DNA of 27,542 nucleotides, from the NCBI RefSeq assembly GCF_004376175.1, contig NZ_SNUY01000060.1:1-27542 (forward strand), given 5' to 3'. Below, in pieces: positions 17,611 to 27,350 of the stretch (its first letter is position 1; every line of letters starts with the position of its first letter). The notes beneath the pieces are model-generated. The model made no database searches. It had not been told where the DNA came from and worked only from the letters and a program-made list of their open reading frames with translations. A program made the translations under genes and the position numbers. Origin of the DNA: Halalkalibacterium halodurans (GTDB lineage: Bacteria; Bacillota; Bacilli; Bacillales; Bacillaceae_D).

Positions 17611-18552
17611 TTATGCTTTTTTTGATGGCTCTTGCTCTGGATTTAAGTCTTTCGTGTAATACAATCTGAAAATAATGTCTTGATTGTAGTTTCCAAAACC
17701 CTCTCCGAAAATGGTCACCCCGCCAACGTTTTCCGCATCATCAGGAACGGCCACTCGGAATGACCATTGTTTGCTGCGAATGTGCACATCATCTATCGTG
17801 ACATCTGAAATTTTTGCCCCTTCGATGAACGTTCCTTCTTTTGTGATCCGGATAAATTTTAAGAGGCCATACTGGTTAATGACTTTCGGCCACCAATCTG
17901 GCGTATATTTTCCTGGACTATCACCAAAATCACCAGGACTCGTCCATATGCCGATTTTCACATTATTAAAATAAAAACTAATGTCTGAAGGCCAGTTATC
18001 ATTCGTAAATGGAGCTTCGGACGAAAGCTCGAGGGAAATTTCTAGTTCTTTCGGATTTTCTGAGTGATGCAAAAAGTTTGGTATTTTATATTCGATGTAT
18101 CCCTTGGAAAACCATAAAATTTTTGCGTTGACCCGTTCTGGATCTAAGAAATAGCGAGGCTCGTCAAATTCTCCGATAATCTTTTCCGCAGTCGCTAAAC
18201 CACACGTTGGTTCTACTAGGAAATCTGTATAATGACCGACAGATAAGATGGTTTGATGATATAATTTTAAACTTTCCTTTTTCGGAGGGAAGTTGATTTC
18301 AATATGATCTGTATCTAAAATGCAGAGTTTTTGGATCCCGGCCTTTCCGGGAACCATTTCCGTCCGAATAATCCCAGCCTTTTCGAGCTTTTTTATGTGC
18401 ATCGTCATGATGGCACTGCTTAGTCCGACAGCCTCGGCTAGTTCCCGGATATTCATTGACTTTCTCGTTAGTTGTTGAATGATTGCTAACCGCACTTTGC
18501 TTGCTAATGCTTCATATACAGGTAAAGATTCGTTTGAAATGTCTAATTGCAT
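17611..18552 (-). CDS. ArsR-type wHTH transcriptional regulator with a large uncharacterised C-terminal domain
   Basis: VRLAIIQQLTRKSMNIRELAEAVGLSSAIMTMHIKKLEKAGIIR is an ArsR/SmtB HTH. About 220 further residues have no motif I can name. ACGGAGGAAAACG precedes the ATG, and the gene starts 23 nt after the GH27 stop. Confidence 0.8.
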   Translation of the reverse strand: MQLDISNESLPVYEALASKVRLAIIQQLTRKSMNIRELAEAVGLSSAIMTMHIKKLEKAGIIRTEMVPGKAGIQKLCILDTDHIEINFPPKKESLKLYHQTILSVGHYTDFLVEPTCGLATAEKIIGEFDEPRYFLDPERVNAKILWFSKGYIEYKIPNFLHHSENPKELEISLELSSEAPFTNDNWPSDISFYFNNVKIGIWTSPGDFGDSPGKYTPDWWPKVINQYGLLKFIRITKEGTFIEGAKISDVTIDDVHIRSKQWSFRVAVPDDAENVGGVTIFGEGFGNYNQDIIFRLYYTKDLNPEQEPSKKA

Positions 18553-18575
18553 CGTTTTCCTCCGTTGTTTAGTGA

Positions 18576-19874
18576 TTACTGGTCTGGTGAGAGCTTTAAC
18601 ATCATCGACTGATGGGGCTTCAGTTCTATTTGAAACGACTCAGAAGGGGCGAGGGATTGTAAAAATGAACGGTCCCATACATTGAAAAGGTGAACCGTTT
18701 CCATAATACCTACCATATCTAATCGGAATTGTAACGTCTTTTGTTGATCGTGTAAATTAAATAATGCAACATATGCCTCGCCATTTCTACCATTTGCAGC
18801 CCATGCAACCTTATCCTCCTCACGATAGACGAACCGGTTTAATACGCTTTTTTGATTAATCGAGAGGATTTCCTCATTCGTTAATAGCGATAATGTCCAC
18901 TGGTCGTTATCCCTGAGTTCGCCGCCGAACATTAATGGAGAGCGAGAGATAGCCCATAAGTTCATCATCGTTAACTGCTCGTCTTTTGTAAAACGAGTCC
19001 AGCGATCACCACCAGGTCCATCAACAGAACGGATACCGATATGACCGAGTGGCAGCATGTCACAATCCGGCCAGTGGCCTGTACCGATATGTTTTTCCCA
19101 AACTTCACATCGTTCAAACATTTGATATAAAAGGGACCAATCGTCCCAGAAGTCATCTGTTATCCGCCACATGTTGGCGTTCGTTTTAAAGTGGTGAGCA
19201 TATTTTATAGGTGCAGGACCAGGGGAGAGGCTTAAAACCATTGGCCTCCCGCATGCATGAATCGCCCGCTGGATCATTTTGATTTCCTCCAGATGTGTAT
19301 CGTAGAGCCTTGAGGCCGCGATGTCATCCACTTTGACGAAATCGACACCCCACTGAGCATAAAGCTCAAATAAGCTGTTATAATAGCTTTGCGCACCCTC
19401 TTTTGTCGGGTCTACACCGTACATATCCGTATTCCATGGGCAAATGGAATTGATGTGAGCAATCTCGCGAGCAGTTTTCGTAGAGCCTAAGACAGGGGAG
19501 TTTTCATAAACGGCTTGTCTCGGAATGCCTCTCATGATATGTATACCGAATTTTAAGCCGAGATCATGGATGGCATCACTTAATGGTTTGAATCCGGCCC
19601 CGTTTTTTGCAGACGGGAACCGGTTTGTTGCGGGGAGTAACCGGCCATACTCATCCATACAAAGAGGGGCAAACGGGTTATAAGCAGATGAGTTAGCCGT
19701 TGGCTCGTACCATTGAATATCGACGACGATATATTCCCATCCATACTTCTTTAAATGATTTGCCATGTATTCGGCATTTCCTAGCACTTCTTCTTCTGTC
19801 ACGCTCGCTCCATAACAATCCCAGCTATTCCACCCCATCGGTGGAGTTAAAGCAGATAATCGATTCACTTCCAA
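18576..19874 (-). CDS. GH27 glycoside hydrolase (alpha-galactosidase fold; probable beta-L-arabinopyranosidase given the context)
   Basis: LTPPMGWNSWDCYG, FVKVDDIA (nucleophile Asp region) and WRITDDFWD (acid/base region) are GH27 motifs. There is no signal peptide. The TTG start lies 6 nt after AGGGGGA. Confidence 0.85.
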   Translation of the reverse strand: MEVNRLSALTPPMGWNSWDCYGASVTEEEVLGNAEYMANHLKKYGWEYIVVDIQWYEPTANSSAYNPFAPLCMDEYGRLLPATNRFPSAKNGAGFKPLSDAIHDLGLKFGIHIMRGIPRQAVYENSPVLGSTKTAREIAHINSICPWNTDMYGVDPTKEGAQSYYNSLFELYAQWGVDFVKVDDIAASRLYDTHLEEIKMIQRAIHACGRPMVLSLSPGPAPIKYAHHFKTNANMWRITDDFWDDWSLLYQMFERCEVWEKHIGTGHWPDCDMLPLGHIGIRSVDGPGGDRWTRFTKDEQLTMMNLWAISRSPLMFGGELRDNDQWTLSLLTNEEILSINQKSVLNRFVYREEDKVAWAANGRNGEAYVALFNLHDQQKTLQFRLDMVGIMETVHLFNVWDRSFLQSLAPSESFQIELKPHQSMMLKLSPDQ

Positions 19875-20084
19875 CTTTTATCCCCCTATCCAAACGTTCA
19901 AGATAAAATAAACGATCAACTAATCGTTTGCATTTATATTAACATTTTCGTTTGTAAATTAAAAGGATTTATCGCACATATTTACACCAGTGGCTTTGAA
20001 TGTTTTCTGATAATATTAATGATTGCTATCGAACATTTTAAAAGATTAACATTAACAAAAAATAATTTACGTATTCGTGTAACT

Positions 20085-20096
20085 ATTAATTAAATT
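20085..20096. repeat. AT-rich 12-mer, copy 3 (ATTAATTAAATT, the reverse complement of AATTTAATTAAT)
   Basis: Exact reverse-complement copy in the GH27/araD divergent intergenic region. Confidence 0.9.
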
Positions 20097-20239
20097 GTCC
20101 GTATCTGTTATTTGGGAAATTCAGTCGGAAACGTTTTATCGTTCAAAATAGATGTCGATGGATTAAAAGCTGATACACCATACTAATACTAGACATAATA
20201 AGAGATCGTGAAAAGAGAAACACTCCTTGATAAATGTAG

Positions 20240-20253
20240 TTGTTAATACAAGT
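20240..20253. promoter_or_regulatory. Candidate second AraR operator (TTGTTAATACAAGT)
   Basis: It shares the outer arms TTGT....ACAAGTG with the main araD box but has TAAT in place of the central ACGT. Its centre is 40 bp from the main operator's. Confidence 0.4.
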
Positions 20254-20273
20254 GATTAAATTGAATATAAATA

Positions 20274-20302
20274 TTGAAAATTGTACGTACAAGTGTAATA
20301 AT
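20274..20302 (+). promoter_or_regulatory. Sigma-A promoter of araDBA-abf2
   Basis: TTGAAA (20274-20279), a 16-17 nt spacer occupied by the AraR box, then TGTAATAAT (20294-20302). Confidence 0.55.
20279..20294. promoter_or_regulatory. AraR operator (AATTGTACGTACAAGT)
   Basis: Perfect TGTACGTACA palindromic core between the -35 and -10 of the araD promoter. Confidence 0.8.
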
Positions 20303-20347
20303 GTGAGTAAGCGTTTCAATCTATGATTAGGAAAGGGGTCGTTTCGG

Positions 20348-21043
20348 TTGTTAGAGCAATTGAAAGAAACGGTGTTTAAAGCGAATCTTTATTTGCCTAA
20401 ATATCAACTCGTAACGTTTACATGGGGAAATGTAAGCGGTATTGACCGGGAAAAAGGCTTGGTCGTCATTAAACCGAGTGGAGTGGAATACTTCGAAATG
20501 AAAAGCAAAGACATGGTCGTTGTTGATTTAGAGGGCAATATAGTCGAAGGTGATTTGAAACCGTCTTCAGACACGCCAACCCATTTAGCGCTTTATCGGG
20601 CATTTGACAAAGTAGGGGGGATTGTCCATACCCATTCGGTCTGGGCAACGGCTTGGGCGCAAGCGGGAAAAGAAATCCCAGCTTATGGAACGACGCATGC
20701 TGATTATTTTCATGGGACGATCCCTTGTACCCGCCCAATGACAGAGGTAGAAATTCTAGGAGACTATGAAAAGGAAACAGGGAACGTGATCGTTGAGACG
20801 TTTCGTGATAAAGACCCGTTGTCGATTCCTGGCGTCCTCGTTCATTCACACGCTCCTTTCGTCTGGGGGAAAGATCCGATGGAGGCAGTCCATCATGCAG
20901 TCGTCCTTGAAGAAGTGGCGAAAATGGCGCAAAAAACGCTATCAATCTCTGAGAGGACACTACCAATGGATTCAGTACTACTAGATCGACACTTTTATCG
21001 GAAGCATGGGCAAGCAGCTTACTACGGTCAAGAGAAGAGATAA
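20348..21043 (+). CDS. araD: L-ribulose-5-phosphate 4-epimerase
   Basis: [25 protein letters not shown]...[12 protein letters not shown] is near-identical in pattern to B. subtilis and E. coli AraD (class II aldolase fold). The TTG start follows GGAAAGGGG. Confidence 0.93.
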   Translation: MLEQLKETVFKANLYLPKYQLVTFTWGNVSGIDREKGLVVIKPSGVEYFEMKSKDMVVVDLEGNIVEGDLKPSSDTPTHLALYRAFDKVGGIVHTHSVWATAWAQAGKEIPAYGTTHADYFHGTIPCTRPMTEVEILGDYEKETGNVIVETFRDKDPLSIPGVLVHSHAPFVWGKDPMEAVHHAVVLEEVAKMAQKTLSISERTLPMDSVLLDRHFYRKHGQAAYYGQEKR

Positions 21044-21066
21044 TCAGGAAAGGGTGGGACATATAG

Positions 21067-22758
21067 ATGACAACGAAATACACAATTGGGGTTGACTACG
21101 GGACGGAGTCAGGACGTGCGGTGTTAATCGATCTATCGAATGGGCAAGAGCTAGCTGACCATGTGACACCATATAGACACGGAGTCATCGATCAATATTT
21201 GCCTAATACAAACATTAAATTAGGTCACGAATGGGCTTTGCAGCACCCCCTTGATTATGTAGAGGTTTTAACGACATCGGTGCCAGCAGTTATGAAAGAA
21301 TCGGGAGTGGATGCTGACGATGTGATTGGGATCGGCGTCGATTTTACGGCATGCACGATGTTACCAGTTGACGAGGAAGGGCAGCCTTTGTGTTTGCTCG
21401 CGCAGTACAAAGACAATCCTCATAGCTGGGTGAAGCTCTGGAAGCATCATGCCGCTCAAGATAAAGCGAACGCTATAAATGAAATGGCTGAAAAACGAGG
21501 AGAAGCCTTTTTGCCACGATATGGCGGGAAAATATCTTCTGAGTGGATGATCGCAAAAGTGTGGCAAATTCTCGATGAGGCGGAGGACGTTTATAACCGA
21601 ACGGATCAATTTTTAGAGGCGACCGATTGGATCGTCTCACAAATGACGGGCAAAATCGTGAAAAATAGTTGCACAGCAGGTTATAAGGCGATTTGGCATA
21701 AGCGAGAGGGTTACCCTTCCAATGAATTTTTTAAAGCCCTCGATCCTAGGCTTGAGCATTTGACGACAACGAAGCTACGCGGTGACATCGTCCCTCTAGG
21801 TGAAAGGGCAGGTGGTTTATTGCCTGAAATGGCTGAAAAGATGGGCTTGAACCCTGGCATCGCAGTAGCGGTAGGTAACGTAGATGCCCATGCCGCTGTT
21901 CCAGCTGTTGGCGTCACGACGCCTGGAAAGTTGGTCATGGCGATGGGGACGTCCATTTGCCACATGCTACTAGGGGAGAAGGAACAGGAAGTCGAAGGAA
22001 TGTGCGGAGTTGTTGAAGATGGTATCATCCCAGGTTATTTAGGCTATGAGGCAGGGCAATCCGCAGTTGGAGACATTTTCGCCTGGTTTGTGAAGCACGG
22101 CGTTCCGGCAGCGACGTTCGATGAGGCGCAAGAAAAAGGGGTGAACATTCACGCTTTGTTAGAAGAAAAAGCGTCACAATTAAGACCTGGCGAGTCGGGT
22201 TTACTTGCACTCGATTGGTGGAATGGGAATCGTTCGATTCTCGTTGATACTGAATTATCAGGGATGCTTTTAGGCTACACGCTCCAAACGAAGCCGGAAG
22301 AAATATATCGAGCATTGCTTGAGGCAACAGCATTTGGTACACGGGCGATTGTTGATGCTTTTCACGGGCGAGGAGTCGAAGTTCACGAACTCTATGCATG
22401 TGGAGGTTTACCGCAAAAAAATCACCTGTTAATGCAAATCTTTGCTGATGTGACAAACAGGGAAATTAAAGTGGCTGCTTCAAAACAAACACCAGCTCTT
22501 GGGGCAGCAATGTTTGCTTCTGTTGCTGCTGGTTCAGAGGTAGGAGGCTATGACTCGATTGAAGAAGCTGCCAAGAAAATGGGCCGAGTGAAGGACGAAA
22601 CTTTTAAGCCAATTCCTGAACATGTGGCTATCTATGAAAAGCTTTACCAAGAATATGTGACGCTTCACGATTACTTCGGACGGGGTGCGAATGATGTCAT
22701 GAAGCGTTTGAAAGCGTTAAAAAGTATCCAGCATCGTCCGTCTTCTTTGTTAACGTAA
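21067..22758 (+). CDS. araB: Ribulokinase (FGGY family)
   Basis: [18 protein letters not shown] is the N-terminal motif. The 563-aa length and the position between araD and araA also fit. Confidence 0.93.
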   Translation: MTTKYTIGVDYGTESGRAVLIDLSNGQELADHVTPYRHGVIDQYLPNTNIKLGHEWALQHPLDYVEVLTTSVPAVMKESGVDADDVIGIGVDFTACTMLPVDEEGQPLCLLAQYKDNPHSWVKLWKHHAAQDKANAINEMAEKRGEAFLPRYGGKISSEWMIAKVWQILDEAEDVYNRTDQFLEATDWIVSQMTGKIVKNSCTAGYKAIWHKREGYPSNEFFKALDPRLEHLTTTKLRGDIVPLGERAGGLLPEMAEKMGLNPGIAVAVGNVDAHAAVPAVGVTTPGKLVMAMGTSICHMLLGEKEQEVEGMCGVVEDGIIPGYLGYEAGQSAVGDIFAWFVKHGVPAATFDEAQEKGVNIHALLEEKASQLRPGESGLLALDWWNGNRSILVDTELSGMLLGYTLQTKPEEIYRALLEATAFGTRAIVDAFHGRGVEVHELYACGGLPQKNHLLMQIFADVTNREIKVAASKQTPALGAAMFASVAAGSEVGGYDSIEEAAKKMGRVKDETFKPIPEHVAIYEKLYQEYVTLHDYFGRGANDVMKRLKALKSIQHRPSSLLT

Positions 22759-22800
22759 CTTATTAATTTTCAAATCTTATCATTAGTGGGGGGTTCTCGA

Positions 22801-24294
22801 ATGTTACAAACGAAGCCATATACGTTTTGGTTCATTACTGGAAGTCAGCATTTATATGGAGAAGACGCGATAGAGCAAGTAAGACAGCACTCGCAAACTA
22901 TGGTAGAAAAGCTTAATGAAATTGGCGAGTTGCCGTACACCATTGAATTAAAAGAGGTTCTCACAACACCTGATGCGATAAGAAAAATGGTCATTGCGGC
23001 CAATAGCGATGACGATTGTGCGGGGATGATTACGTGGATGCACACATTTTCCCCAGCAAAGATGTGGATTAACGGTTTAAAACAATTAAAAAAGCCGCTC
23101 CTCCACTTGCATACGCAATTTAATCGAGAAATCCCTTACGATGACATCGATATGGATTTCATGAATTTAAATCAATCTGCCCACGGTGATCGCGAGTACG
23201 GGCACATTGGGGCACGGCTTAACATCTCTCGAAAAGTAATCGTCGGTCATTGGCAAAATAATGATGTACAAGAACGGCTAGGGGCTTGGATGAGAACTGC
23301 TGCGGCCTTTGTGGACGGTCATCACTTAAAAGTGGCTAGATTTGGCGACAACATGCGGGAGGTTGCTGTGACGGAAGGAGATAAGGTCGAAGCGCAAATT
23401 CAATTCGGTTGGTCGATCACAGCCTTTGGAATTGGTGATCTCGTCGAAAAAATGAAAGCGGTATCTGAAGACGAAGTTCGGCGCTTATTCGATGAATATC
23501 AAGAGCTTTACCGCTTAAGCCCATCGATTCTCGAGCAAGATGAGGTAAAAGCAGCGGTTTTAGAGCAAGCGAAAATGGAACTAGCGTTAAAGGAGTTCTT
23601 GGAGGAAGGGGGCTACACAGCGTTTACAACGAACTTTGAAGACTTGCACGGAATGAAGCAGCTTCCAGGTCTAGCGGTGCAACGTCTTATGGCAGAGGGA
23701 TATGGCTTTGGTGGAGAAGGAGACTGGAAAACGGCGGCGTTATTGCGGATGATGAAAATCATTGCTGATGGTAAAGGAACCTCATTCATGGAAGATTACA
23801 CATACCATTTGGCCGAAGGGAACGAGCTCGTGCTAGGTTCTCATATGTTGGAAATTTGCCCAACGATTGCGGCGAATCAGCCTGAAATCCAAGTTCATCC
23901 GCTAGGTATTGGCGGGAAAGAAGATCCTGCACGGCTTGTCTTTGATGGGGCCGATGGACCAGCGTTAAATGCCTCCTTGATCGATCTTGGCCACCGATTC
24001 CGTTTAGTTGTGAACGAAGTAGAAGCAATCAAACCAGAACGGGATATGCCGAAGCTACCAGTTGCTAAAGTTCTTTGGAAGTGCAAGCCATCCTTAAGTG
24101 AAGCGACAGAGGCTTGGATCCATGCAGGGGGAGCTCATCATACGGTGTTCTCCTTCGAAGTGACGCCTGAGCAGCTCTATGATTGGGCAACTTTAGCTGA
24201 TATTGAAGTGGTTTTCATTAATGACAAAACAGACGTACCGCAATTCCAGCAACAGCTCCAATGGAATGAAGCTTTCCGCCGACTATTTAAATAA
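22801..24294 (+). CDS. araA: L-arabinose isomerase
   Basis: [34 protein letters not shown] and [11 protein letters not shown] match AraA. I prefer ATG 22801 to the track's GTG 22786. Confidence 0.95.
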   Translation: MLQTKPYTFWFITGSQHLYGEDAIEQVRQHSQTMVEKLNEIGELPYTIELKEVLTTPDAIRKMVIAANSDDDCAGMITWMHTFSPAKMWINGLKQLKKPLLHLHTQFNREIPYDDIDMDFMNLNQSAHGDREYGHIGARLNISRKVIVGHWQNNDVQERLGAWMRTAAAFVDGHHLKVARFGDNMREVAVTEGDKVEAQIQFGWSITAFGIGDLVEKMKAVSEDEVRRLFDEYQELYRLSPSILEQDEVKAAVLEQAKMELALKEFLEEGGYTAFTTNFEDLHGMKQLPGLAVQRLMAEGYGFGGEGDWKTAALLRMMKIIADGKGTSFMEDYTYHLAEGNELVLGSHMLEICPTIAANQPEIQVHPLGIGGKEDPARLVFDGADGPALNASLIDLGHRFRLVVNEVEAIKPERDMPKLPVAKVLWKCKPSLSEATEAWIHAGGAHHTVFSFEVTPEQLYDWATLADIEVVFINDKTDVPQFQQQLQWNEAFRRLFK

Positions 24295-24343
24295 AGCTTT
24301 TTATGAATCAGTATTAAAGTTGAATAAAGTGAGGAGAGGCAAG

Positions 24344-25840
24344 ATGAAGCAATCAATTAAAGTCTATACAGATCTTGAACATGGGAAAATTAGCAAGCAT
24401 ATTTATGGTCATTTTTCAGAGCATTTAGGCAGGTGCATTTATGAAGGATTGTGGGTTGGAGAGGACTCACCAATCCCAAATACAGAGGGGATCCGCAACG
24501 ATGTACTAGGGGCATTACAAGAGTTAAACATCCCGGTCCTACGCTGGCCAGGGGGCTGCTTTGCCGATGAGTACCATTGGAAAGATGGTGTGGGGCCAAG
24601 GGAGAACCGGAAGCGAATGGTGAACACCCATTGGGGCGGTGTTGTCGAAAATAATCATTTCGGCACGCATGAGTTTATGAGATTATGTGAGCTCCTTGGC
24701 GCCGAGCCTTACATTTGTGGAAATGTCGGCAGTGGTACCGTTCAAGAAATGCAAGAGTGGGTTGAATATATGACATTTGATGGGGAATCGCCAATGGCCA
24801 ATTGGCGCACAGAAAATGGGCGAGAAGAGCCTTGGGCTTTAAAATATTTTGGTGTTGGAAATGAAAACTGGGGCTGCGGGGGGCATATGCGTCCTGAATA
24901 CTATGCGGATCTTTACCGACGCTATCAAACCTATGTCCGTAACTACGGAGACAATAAAATTTATAAGATTGCTGGTGGGGCCAATGTAGACGACTACCGT
25001 TGGACTGAGGTGTTGATGCGAGAGGCCGCTCATCTTATGGACGGATTAAGCCTGCATTATTACACGATTCCAGGCGATTTTTGGAAAGGCAAAGGGTCGG
25101 CCCTAGATGATCGTGAATCCGAATGGTTTAAAACGTTGAAAAAGTCGTTCCGAATGGATGAATTATTGACGAAGCATTCGACAATTATGGACCGTTATGA
25201 TCCTGAAAAGCGAGTCGGCTTAATTGTCGATGAATGGGGTACATGGTTTGATGTGGAGCCAGGTACAAATCCAGGCTTCCTTTATCAACAAAATACGATC
25301 CGTGATGCGTTAGTGGCTGGCGTTCATTTTCACATTTTCCATGAGCATAACGACCGGGTTCATATGGCGAACATCGCACAAATGGTCAATGTTTTGCAGG
25401 CGATGGTGTTGACGGAAGGGGAGCAGATGCTTTTAACGCCAACCTACCATGTATTTAACATGTATAAAGTTCACCAAGATGCAACGAGGCTTGAAGTGAA
25501 TGCAGACGTGGGAACTTACAAGTTCGGAGATGATGAGCTTCCGGCGGTAACCGTTTCTGCATCGAAGGATAACGAAGGTGCCATCCACGTAAGTGTTTGT
25601 CATTTAGATCCTCATCGTGATACAGATCTCACCCTTAAGCTAAGTGGGCTAAACAAGTCGTTGTCAGCATCATCTGTTTCAGGAGAACTATTAACAGCAA
25701 ATGAATTAAATGCCCACAATACGTTTGAACGACCGAATGAGGTGGAGCCTGTTCCGTATGAGCCAGCTTCTGTAAGCGGACATGAGATGGAACTAAAGGT
25801 TCCGGCATCATCTGTACTCCGTGTGACAATTAGACCATAA
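24344..25840 (+). CDS. abf2: Alpha-L-arabinofuranosidase, GH51 (Abf2 type)
   Basis: [53 protein letters not shown] and IVDEWGTWF parallel B. subtilis Abf2. ATG 24344 follows GAGGAGAGG; the track's 24203 start overlaps araA. Confidence 0.92.
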   Translation: MKQSIKVYTDLEHGKISKHIYGHFSEHLGRCIYEGLWVGEDSPIPNTEGIRNDVLGALQELNIPVLRWPGGCFADEYHWKDGVGPRENRKRMVNTHWGGVVENNHFGTHEFMRLCELLGAEPYICGNVGSGTVQEMQEWVEYMTFDGESPMANWRTENGREEPWALKYFGVGNENWGCGGHMRPEYYADLYRRYQTYVRNYGDNKIYKIAGGANVDDYRWTEVLMREAAHLMDGLSLHYYTIPGDFWKGKGSALDDRESEWFKTLKKSFRMDELLTKHSTIMDRYDPEKRVGLIVDEWGTWFDVEPGTNPGFLYQQNTIRDALVAGVHFHIFHEHNDRVHMANIAQMVNVLQAMVLTEGEQMLLTPTYHVFNMYKVHQDATRLEVNADVGTYKFGDDELPAVTVSASKDNEGAIHVSVCHLDPHRDTDLTLKLSGLNKSLSASSVSGELLTANELNAHNTFERPNEVEPVPYEPASVSGHEMELKVPASSVLRVTIRP

Positions 25841-25847
25841 AGGTTAT

Positions 25848-25884
25848 AAACAGGGATTGCGGAAAAAGGAAGTAATCCCTGTTT
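25848..25884 (+). terminator. Terminator after abf2
   Basis: An 11-bp perfect stem, AAACAGGGATT (25848-25858) / AATCCCTGTTT (25874-25884), with a 15-nt loop. The U-run is partly within the stem. Confidence 0.55.
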
Positions 25885-25915
25885 GACCTTCAAGGAAAGG
25901 TGATTGTATCAATTA

Positions 25916-25924
25916 TGGTATAAT
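25916..25924 (+). promoter_or_regulatory. Extended -10 promoter of araR (TGGTATAAT)
   Basis: TGnTATAAT at 25916-25924. There is no good -35. Confidence 0.5.
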
Positions 25925-25925
25925 C

Positions 25926-25941
25926 ATTTGTACGTATAAGT
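25926..25941. promoter_or_regulatory. AraR operator (ATTTGTACGTATAAGT), autoregulation site
   Basis: An AraR box with one core mismatch, immediately downstream of the -10 of araR. Confidence 0.7.
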
Positions 25942-25956
25942 TGTCAGGTGGGATAG

Positions 25957-27087
25957 ATGATGGAAACAAAATATAATTTTGTTAAGCAGCAAATTAAATC
26001 GAAAATTCTTGAAGGAATCGTTTTGCCTCATGGAAAGATTGGTTCCGAAAATGAGTTAATGAAAGAGTACAATGTAAGTCGACATACGGTGCGAAAAGCG
26101 ATTGACGAATTAGTGAATGAAGGATGGGTATACCGGAAGCAAGGGGCTGGGACATTTTGTGCGGATCGCACAGATCAAAAAAACCCTATCGGTAAAGCGC
26201 AGCGGAAAAACATTGCCCTTATTACGACCTATCTATCTGAGTATATTTTCCCCTCGATTATTCGCGGAGCTGAAAGTATTTTGAGCGAACATGGGTACCA
26301 AGTCACCATCTTTAGCACGAACAATAATCACGAACAAGAAAAACGGGTATTAGAAGCGGTTTTATCGCAAAGGTTTGATGGTTTGATCGTAGAACCAACG
26401 AAAAGTTCCATTCCAAACCCGAACATCAATTACTATTTAAATCTTGAACGTCAAGGCATTCCATATGTAATGATCAACGCTTATTACGAGGAGCTAGAGC
26501 CTTATTTCTTAGGGATGGATGATGTAAAAGGAGGCTACACGCAGACGAAGCATCTCCTTGATTTAGGACATGAGCAAATCGTTGGTCTATTTAAAAATGA
26601 TGATTTGCAAGGGGCAAAGCGGTTAAAAGGCTTTATAAAAGCACACCGGGAGCAAGGAATTGCCCTCAATCCTCAGCATATTATTACGTACACGACTGAG
26701 CAAAAGAACGCTAAGCCATTAGAGGAGCTGCATCGGATTTTTAAAGACCGTTCCCATCGGCCGACGGGGATTGTTTGTTATAATGATGAGCTTGCCCTAA
26801 AGCTACTTGATGTCATACGGGAATTTGATATCCGCGTGCCAGAAGAACTCTCTGTTGTTGGCTATGATGATTCTTTTTTATCTGTTGCCTCCGAAGTGAA
26901 GCTAACGACGATTCAACATCCAAAGGTGGAGATGGGGATCGATGCAGCAAAATTGATCATTTCCTGCATTGAACAAGAGAGAAAGGATCGATCGGCAGAT
27001 GGAGAGCAATCAATCATCTATGAGCCGAAGTTAGTCGTCCGTCATTCTACTGCAGAAGCCAAAAGTGAAAAGGGTGTGGCAAAGTGA
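25957..27087 (+). CDS. araR: Arabinose-responsive repressor AraR (GntR-type wHTH plus LacI/GalR-type sugar-binding domain)
   Basis: KIGSENELMKEYNVSRHTVRKAIDELVNEGWVYRKQGAGTF is a GntR HTH. The C-terminal half has the LacI-like fold (VCYNDELALKLL, VVGYDD). This chimeric architecture is diagnostic of AraR. Confidence 0.92.
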   Translation: MMETKYNFVKQQIKSKILEGIVLPHGKIGSENELMKEYNVSRHTVRKAIDELVNEGWVYRKQGAGTFCADRTDQKNPIGKAQRKNIALITTYLSEYIFPSIIRGAESILSEHGYQVTIFSTNNNHEQEKRVLEAVLSQRFDGLIVEPTKSSIPNPNINYYLNLERQGIPYVMINAYYEELEPYFLGMDDVKGGYTQTKHLLDLGHEQIVGLFKNDDLQGAKRLKGFIKAHREQGIALNPQHIITYTTEQKNAKPLEELHRIFKDRSHRPTGIVCYNDELALKLLDVIREFDIRVPEELSVVGYDDSFLSVASEVKLTTIQHPKVEMGIDAAKLIISCIEQERKDRSADGEQSIIYEPKLVVRHSTAEAKSEKGVAK

Positions 27088-27350
27088 GTGGAGAACCTTT
27101 TTGCAAAAGTTGTACAGCAAGTGTCCGATTAACGAAAAAAGAGATGGATCAACTTATGGTTGAGTATGGTCAAAAAGACGGCAAGTCTCTTGTCGGAACA
27201 GGCGAATATTTTCGCCGTGTCAATCAATGCATGCAATGTCCAGACTTATTGTATGAAACGACGTGTAAATATAGCGGGATGCTCGTGCAATATATTTCCC
27301 GTTTTCAGAACAAATCGTGTCCCCATCCTGCTGGCACGAAATGGTCCTAG
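27084..27350 (+). CDS. Hypothetical small Cys-rich protein, possibly translationally coupled to araR
   Basis: The GTG start overlaps the araR stop (GTGA), with AAAGGGTG 8 nt upstream. It has eight Cys, including CKSC and CMQC pairs (zinc-ribbon-like). I recognise no family, and a competing ORF exists in another frame. Confidence 0.4.
   Translation: MSGEPFCKSCTASVRLTKKEMDQLMVEYGQKDGKSLVGTGEYFRRVNQCMQCPDLLYETTCKYSGMLVQYISRFQNKSCPHPAGTKWS

Noticed and set aside
20066-20077. TTTACGTATTCG as a possible AraR box for the GH27 operon
   Set aside because: Only the central TACGTA is shared and both arms are divergent. It lies about 125 bp from the only plausible minus-strand -10 (TGTTAATAT, plus-strand coordinates 19936-19944).
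20303-20318. cre-like sequence TGAGTAAGCGTTTCAA downstream of the araD promoter; also AGCAAACGTTACAT near 2746-2759 and GGAAACGTTTTA near 20118-20129
   Set aside because: Each has two to three mismatches or an indel relative to TGWAANCGNTNWCA. That is too weak to call without binding data or conservation.
20469-21083. 204-aa ORF antisense to araD and the start of araB
   Set aside because: It is a shadow ORF of a strongly conserved sense gene. The composition is low-complexity and S/P/L/R-rich, and there is no SD. The same applies to the other antisense ORFs in the track, for example 14981-15409, 21711-22028, 22025-22456, 9615-9968, 6085-6381 and 25612-25893.
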